Shown: piece by piece, positions 56,826 to 61,399 of the stretch
Numbering within the stretch: position 1 is the first letter of the stretch
Layout: every line of letters begins with the position of its first letter
From: a virus
Lineage: Duplodnaviria > Caudoviricetes
IMG/VR virus record: IMGVR_UViG_3300017761_006794
Coordinates: 1-61,399 of that record
Length of the DNA: 61,399 bases
Direction: 5' to 3' (one strand)
Position numbers and translations under genes: made by a program
The notes under the pieces: generated by a model
What the model saw: the letters and a program-made list of their open reading frames with translations, nothing else
The model's database searches: none
What the model was told of the DNA's origin: nothing

Positions 56826-57620
56826 TCAGCGCTTTCTCTCGCCACCGCGAAGTGCCTCACACGCCTGCCAGAAGATCTCCTCGTCCCTCTCCACGCAGAC
56901 CCACTTCCGACCCAGCTTCCTCGCGGCCCACGCTGTGGTCATGGATCCGGCAAAAGGATCGAAGACCCAATCTCCAGCGTCTGTGTTTGTCTCGATAGGA
57001 ATCCCCATCACTCTCACGGGCTTCTGGGTGGGATGGACCTTCCCCTGCATGAGTTCCGTGACGTCCATCCAGACATTCGTCCGGCGGTAGTACTCGGACT
57101 TACAGACATACGCTTTCTTTCCCGGTTTCGGAGTGTACCCCGAGTAACCCCGCTTTTCATCCAGGTAAGGCACGTTGAAAGTGGTAGGCTTCTTTATATC
57201 GCCCTTCACGAGGTACAGCAGGTCCTCGCGTGTCTGGAGGTAGTTGTGTTGGACCCCATATGCCCTCTTCTTGGACCAGGTGATGATGTTGGACATCCGC
57301 CAGGGGGTCTCTGACTCCAGGCGTGAGACGTACTCGAAGAGGGGACGGAAACCGGGTTTCCCATACCCTCCCCACACGTACATGGCGCCTCGATCCACCA
57401 CGAGTTCACCGAACCTATTGGACCAACCGATCATCCAGTCTGCGAATGACTTCTGGTCACCGTCCCACTTGTCCCATTCCTCACTGACGAGGTTACCGTA
57501 GGGTGGATCGGTGACAATGAGTTTCAGGAGACCGCAGTGATCACGGACAAAGTCAAGGACCTCCGGAGATGTGCAGTCTCCCTGGATGGCGTAGCCGTCG
57601 GGGAATTCATGTAGCAGCAT
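56826..57620 (-). CDS. DNA N6-adenine/N4-cytosine methyltransferase (beta class)
   Basis: TDPPY precedes HPTQKP and DPFAGS. Confidence 0.92.
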   Translation of the reverse strand: MLLHEFPDGYAIQGDCTSPEVLDFVRDHCGLLKLIVTDPPYGNLVSEEWDKWDGDQKSFADWMIGWSNRFGELVVDRGAMYVWGGYGKPGFRPLFEYVSRLESETPWRMSNIITWSKKRAYGVQHNYLQTREDLLYLVKGDIKKPTTFNVPYLDEKRGYSGYTPKPGKKAYVCKSEYYRRTNVWMDVTELMQGKVHPTQKPVRVMGIPIETNTDAGDWVFDPFAGSMTTAWAARKLGRKWVCVERDEEIFWQACEALRGGERKR

Positions 57621-57632
57621 CTTAAAAGGATA

Positions 57633-57666
57633 GAGGCCACGGAGTCAATGTAACCCCCGTGGCCTC
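57633..57666 (-). terminator. Putative intrinsic terminator after hsp20
   Basis: GAGGCCACGG...CCGTGGCCTC stem followed by TATCCTTTT on the minus strand. Confidence 0.55.
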
Positions 57667-57683
57667 GTTGAATGAAGTGAAGA

Positions 57684-58055
57684 TTACTCTACGGAGATGA
57701 TCCGCTTCTTGGACTTCGTCATGGGAACCTCGACGTAGAGGATACCGGCATCGTATCGGGCCGAGATTCCCTCCTGAGTGACATTATCACCGAGAGACCA
57801 GGAGCGAGTGTAGTGAGTCTTGTTCTTGCCATTCTCACGTGTGCCGGAGACGGTGAGGTAGTCATTCTCAAGACTCACCTCGATGTCGGACCGGCTGAGT
57901 CCAGGCATCTCCACGGTGATGGAGTAGCCCTTGTCGGTCTCGTCAATGTTGGCACGCGGCTGGGTGGAACCGTAATTGCGCCCGCCGCGACCGATAAAGT
58001 CCTCGAGGAAGATATCGAAGGTGTTGCTGGAATTGCGATTGGTGATGTTGAACAT
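57684..58055 (-). CDS. Hsp20/alpha-crystallin small heat-shock protein
   Basis: NIDETDKGYSITVEMPGL..DIEV, LTVSG, YTRSWSL, ARYDAGILYVEVP; GGAG RBS before ATG 58055. Confidence 0.92.
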   Translation of the reverse strand: MFNITNRNSSNTFDIFLEDFIGRGGRNYGSTQPRANIDETDKGYSITVEMPGLSRSDIEVSLENDYLTVSGTRENGKNKTHYTRSWSLGDNVTQEGISARYDAGILYVEVPMTKSKKRIISVE

Positions 58056-58137
58056 GTTACTTTGCTCTCCTGGTAGACGGGTTTCCATTCCCGTGCCGTA
58101 ATAGTAATCACCGTTTTTGACAGTGAACATATAGGGA

Positions 58138-58614
58138 TCACTTTTTCTTCTGCTTCTTCTCAATCCTCGAGACCCACCGTGACGGGTCCTCCTTCTCGTA
58201 GTCCTCTCTCCCCACGACAAGGTGCTCATGGAAAGAGCTTACGTAACCTGGTGGACACTCCGGGGAGCCTGCGAGGTAGACCCACTTGTCGTCATCAGGG
58301 TTCACTGTTCCCCTGAAACCGCCCTCCGTGACCTCGACAATTTTCACTCTCACGATAGGACCAGCGTAAGTCCTCACGTAGACTGTCTCCCCTACTTTTC
58401 GAGAGACTTTCCTAAGACTTGCTTCTCCCTTCGCTGAATCCGCGCTCGGCGGCAGGGGTCCGAAAGAGCTCCTTGCCCATCTGTCCCCTTGCCCTGGCTT
58501 TCTCAAACTTGTGACTTGGTCGCATGATCTCGGTGCAGAAGAGCTCTGTGAGCTTCTTGGATCCTTCACCGTCTTCGATTGCCTTGGTGAGCTTGGGGGA
58601 TTTCCGTACTGCAA
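58138..58614 (-). CDS. Hypothetical protein (only the ~90 C-terminal codons, below ~58410, are likely real)
   Basis: The non-overlapping part fills the gap; the start is unclear. Confidence 0.35.
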   Translation of the reverse strand: MQYGNPPSSPRQSKTVKDPRSSQSSSAPRSCDQVTSLRKPGQGDRWARSSFGPLPPSADSAKGEASLRKVSRKVGETVYVRTYAGPIVRVKIVEVTEGGFRGTVNPDDDKWVYLAGSPECPPGYVSSFHEHLVVGREDYEKEDPSRWVSRIEKKQKKK

Positions 58615-58969
58615 TTGCTACCCTCCGGACGGACGAACGCACGTCATGTTTTTCTTTATCAGTCATCCTACTTCCGAGCCCCTTCCTGTTGAGCTGGAAG
58701 ACTCCCTTGGAGTTCCCGTTGTCGCCCACTGCCTTCGGGTTGAACTTGCTCTCTGCGTATGAGTTCAACAGCGCGGCCCTGATTAGGGGATCCTTGAAAC
58801 CTTCTTCCCTGAAAGCCTGCTCAATTTCGCAGGCAACTTCTCTGTTCTCAATCTCGGTCACTATGTCATCACAGACTAGACCTTTCCTGTAGTGTTGCGT
58901 GACCTCCGGCTCTGGTCCGATGACGGACGTGAGGAGCAGGAGGAGCACGAAGTGCAGGTGCAGCATCAT
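58412..58969 (-). CDS. Lysozyme-like (phage tail lysozyme/SLT-fold) protein with N-terminal hydrophobic signal
   Basis: AALLNSYAESKFNPKAVGDNGNSKGVFQL catalytic motif; LHFVLLLLLTSV leader. Confidence 0.7.
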   Translation of the reverse strand: MMLHLHFVLLLLLTSVIGPEPEVTQHYRKGLVCDDIVTEIENREVACEIEQAFREEGFKDPLIRAALLNSYAESKFNPKAVGDNGNSKGVFQLNRKGLGSRMTDKEKHDVRSSVRRVAIAVRKSPKLTKAIEDGEGSKKLTELFCTEIMRPSHKFEKARARGQMGKELFRTPAAERGFSEGRSKS

Positions 58970-59024
58970 TCTCCGTTGTTAAGCCGTCAACGGAATAGGA
59001 CCGCGACGGAAATGTAACTATACT

Positions 59025-59279
59025 TCAAATGAAGTAGAGCGTAACTATGCCCCCACCGACAGCGAGGGCAACCGAGTTGATCAGCATGATGTAGAGCCTC
59101 TCTCGCAGAGTCTTCGCCTCGAGGAAGAGAAGCGATATAGTGAAGTTGATGATGGGCAGCACAAACCCAAGAGACACGACCCATTCAATCATCCTGTGAG
59201 CGGTCGCGTACCCAAAAGCGCATCCCACAATGTTCGTGAGTAGAGCAAGCACAAAGATGATCAGGAGCCTGAGAGACAT
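59025..59279 (-). CDS. Small 3-TM membrane protein
   Basis: Three hydrophobic segments; likely start MSLRLLII at 59279. Confidence 0.55.
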   Translation of the reverse strand: MSLRLLIIFVLALLTNIVGCAFGYATAHRMIEWVVSLGFVLPIINFTISLLFLEAKTLRERLYIMLINSVALAVGGGIVTLYFI

Positions 59280-59326
59280 CTTCTCTTCACCCTCAATCTT
59301 TGACTTCCAGCGCTCAATATCGCGGA

Positions 59327-59644
59327 TCATTCGTCGTTATCCGAAGGACACCTGTTGACATATTCGAACTCAATCTTGTACTTCACGGCTCTCTGTTTCG
59401 TGTGGAAACCAGGGTTCTTCCAACCCTTTCGCCTCACTTTCCTAACAAACTTTCGAAATTTCCGACATGCGCGTCTTCGAGCCTCGGGTTCAAGTGACTC
59501 AAGGCAACGCTGGAGGCTCCCCCGGTCATCCCAGGGGTAGTGACTCGGTGGAACCATTCCAAGCTCGACGTACGTCATTTCGAGGAGGAGTCGAAGCCTC
59601 TCAATCTCACCGGGCTCGTAAGAACGCCAGAAGCTCGATTTCAC
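59327..59644 (-). CDS. Hypothetical basic protein
   Basis: 105-aa ORF, Arg/Lys-rich. Confidence 0.5.
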   Translation of the reverse strand: MKSSFWRSYEPGEIERLRLLLEMTYVELGMVPPSHYPWDDRGSLQRCLESLEPEARRRACRKFRKFVRKVRRKGWKNPGFHTKQRAVKYKIEFEYVNRCPSDNDE

Positions 59645-59843
59645 TTCATCACCTGGAAGAGGGTGGTTACTTGAGGCTCGTGGGTCTCACCTCTTTCACC
59701 TGGCCAAAATGTCTGGTTACCAGAACCAACCCAAGACGCCCAGTACCGCGGAGAACCGGCCGAGGGAGTATTCTCTGGTCTTCTCCCCACATTTATCACG
59801 AAACGCGTTGTCACGCGTCTCACCCCGTACCGACATTGTGGTC

Positions 59844-60461
59844 TTATAAAGAAGGGGTGTCGGTAATTTCCCCTTGAGCGTCACTGGGCTTCGGTGGAAG
59901 TCCTGAGAGCTCAACGTCATTATCTATCTCTTCGCCCCAGGCGTGCCAGCCTGGGGCCTTCTCGCGAGCAAACAATTCAATCTTTTTCTGAGTGGGAAAC
60001 ATGAGATCAATCCTGCTCCTCACCTCTGCAGGTTTCGCAGAGTGGTCACCCCGCATCTCGGAGAGGAACTGTCTCACGTTACGTGCTCCGCGGGGCCGCG
60101 GAATCTTCCCCATCTTTCCGATGAGACATAGCTCGACCTGGGACATCGTGTAGAAGCCGGGATTGACCCTCTGTTTGTCCCAGACAAAACCGACTGTTGC
60201 CCAGGAGAAGCCCCAGGACTTCATCAGCGCTATTGCCTGGTCGAGATGCGGAGAAGTTGCCCACAGGAAGAGGAGACAATCCTGACTCGCTATCGCTCGG
60301 ATGTCGATACGCTTCAGCTGTTCGAGCGTGAGTGTTCCGTAGTGTGAAACTGCTCCTCCTGTCGAACCACCGCCGCCTCCGGCATGTTGCGTCTGTCCCT
60401 TGTAGTCCCAAGGGGGATCGCAGTAGATGATCTCGTATCGATTACCGGCAGTCTGTGTCAT
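59844..60461 (-). CDS. MT-A70 family adenine methyltransferase
   Basis: IYCDPPW, LFLWAT, WGF, HSAKP, IELFARE, WHAWG. Confidence 0.92.
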   Translation of the reverse strand: MTQTAGNRYEIIYCDPPWDYKGQTQHAGGGGGSTGGAVSHYGTLTLEQLKRIDIRAIASQDCLLFLWATSPHLDQAIALMKSWGFSWATVGFVWDKQRVNPGFYTMSQVELCLIGKMGKIPRPRGARNVRQFLSEMRGDHSAKPAEVRSRIDLMFPTQKKIELFAREKAPGWHAWGEEIDNDVELSGLPPKPSDAQGEITDTPSL

Positions 60462-60469
60462 AAAAGACT

Positions 60470-60512
60470 CTTGCTCCCAAGAGATTGTTGTCTCTTGGGA
60501 GCAAGTGTTCAA
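60470..60512 (-). promoter_or_regulatory. Perfect 15-bp hairpin (terminator-like) overlapping promoter TTGAAC-N17-AACAAT and RBS
   Basis: CTTGCTCCCAAGAGA-N6-TCTCTTGGGAGCAAG then AGTCTTTT-ATG on the minus strand. Confidence 0.6.
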
Positions 60513-60529
60513 CTCTTTCGAGTTTTGTT

Positions 60530-60799
60530 TTACTTCGTCTCACTCACTACAGGAGTCGCAGTGGCGGCGGCAGTATGAGCGGCCTCGGTTGCAGGAGCAA
60601 CCTCGACCACCGGAGCGGTGGGTGCAGTTGCATCGGTGGGGGCCGGAGCGGCAGGAGCCGTCTCCTCGACCTTCTGCTCCTCGACGGCGGGTGCCTCCTC
60701 CTTCTCTCCACCGAAGAGACCGGTGTAGAAAGCGGTGAGACCAGCGATGAGAGCCGCAAGGATTGCGGCCACGACCTTGTTATTCTTGATGAGATCCAT
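60530..60799 (-). CDS. Membrane-anchored Ala/Pro/Glu-rich protein
   Basis: N-terminal TM helix, low-complexity tail, GAGG RBS. Confidence 0.65.
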   Translation of the reverse strand: MDLIKNNKVVAAILAALIAGLTAFYTGLFGGEKEEAPAVEEQKVEETAPAAPAPTDATAPTAPVVEVAPATEAAHTAAATATPVVSETK

Positions 60800-60813
60800 G
60801 TTGTCCTCTGTTG

Positions 60814-60927
60814 TTACTCAGCGGCCGAATCGGCCGCAGTGTCCTTGGCACTGTCCTCGTCACCGCCGGTACATCCGACAAGACCGAGGAAGAAAAGAGC
60901 GCCAATAATCATGATGAACTTCAGCAT
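60814..60927 (-). CDS. Very small lipoprotein
   Basis: MLKFIMIIGALFFLGLVGC lipobox followed by a short acidic tail; GGAG RBS. Confidence 0.55.
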   Translation of the reverse strand: MLKFIMIIGALFFLGLVGCTGGDEDSAKDTAADSAAE

Positions 60928-61092
60928 TTGCACTTGCTCCATTCCCGTTGGGGATATTACTGTTGTATGCTTTCCTTGCGTGTATAAGATCACGCAGGGT
61001 GTAAGTATTACGATCGGTAGCAGACCTACTTTGCCTTCACCGAGCACGTTGTCTTCTTTGCAACACACGGACAGGTGATCAGGTAAAATAGA

Positions 61093-61399
61093 TCAATAGA
61101 TCTCCATCCACGCAACCGCTGCGGTTCCCATGAAAGGATCGGTCGCAACCCTGATGACCTCAACCACGGACTCGTCAGTAGTCGGATTGGCTGAGCCATA
61201 CAGGACTGTCCCATAAGAAGTCACCGTCACGCCAGAGACGTATCCTTCCTGCTCTACATACGGAGTGTCTACCGACGTAGCCTCTCCATCACCATCAGTG
61301 TCGAGTCCCGGTGAGCAGTCATCGAACCTGATGCCGTAGACCCTGCCAGTTCCCATCTCACATCGATCGGCGTTTGCGGTGTAGGTGCTGAAGTAGATC
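61093..61399 (-). CDS. C-terminus of a PilY1/PilC beta-propeller-like protein (partial)
   Basis: Frame is open to the window edge: IYFSTYTANADRCEMGTGRVYGIRFDDCSPGLDTDGDG...GYVSGVTV resembles the PilY1 C-terminal pattern (VYFTT....CxxG.GRLY, DxDGDG). Confidence 0.5.
   Translation of the reverse strand, partial: IYFSTYTANADRCEMGTGRVYGIRFDDCSPGLDTDGDGEATSVDTPYVEQEGYVSGVTVTSYGTVLYGSANPTTDESVVEVIRVATDPFMGTAAVAWMEIY

Noticed and set aside
60530-60700. GC-rich quasi-repeats
   Set aside because: They simply encode an Ala/Pro/Thr low-complexity tail; not a DNA repeat element.
60930-61090. Possible riboswitch in the leader (repeated GCAAAG, short hairpins such as TGCGTG/CACGCA)
   Set aside because: Could not be fitted to a known aptamer consensus by eye, and the stems are short. 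An Rfam search would be needed.

Overview
This window looks like part of a large (jumbo-type) contractile-tailed phage genome rather than a cellular chromosome. It is densely packed, uses the standard genetic code, and all but one credible gene lie on the minus strand. Left to right it contains four blocks. (1) 1-14 kb is a baseplate/virion module: a >1659-aa LamG protein that runs off the window and is missing from the ORF track, a 1109-aa LamG protein, a baseplate J/gp6 wedge, gp25 and a spike-like protein, followed by a T4 gp55-like late sigma factor. (2) 15.3-39.7 kb is a ~24-kb glycan island with about 12 putative glycosyltransferases, 3 methyltransferases, glf, a UDP-sugar dehydrogenase, gmd, fcl, gmhA, hddA, rfbH and rfbB. 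It has no flippase, polymerase, exporter or initiating transferase. (3) 39.7-43.2 kb is a Ser/Gly-rich fibre operon. (4) 43-61 kb carries host-takeover and accessory genes: PIN-PhoH, a stand-alone sigma region 4 protein, an Hc1-like protein, a degenerate GroEL, a complete yeaH-spoVR-prkA operon, DinG, two orphan methyltransferases, Hsp20, a lysozyme-like protein and a PilY1-like C-terminus. The most notable signals are a candidate virion O-glycosylation system ([S/T]-G-S motifs concentrated in structural proteins beside the export-less glycan island), a tRNA-Sec-shaped 8/5 tRNA-like RNA with a non-canonical anticodon arm, the phage-borne PrkA operon coupled to an ATPase-dead GroEL, a possible split sigma system, and RBS-sequestering hairpins that contain promoter motifs. 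All family assignments come from motif recognition by eye; no searches were run.
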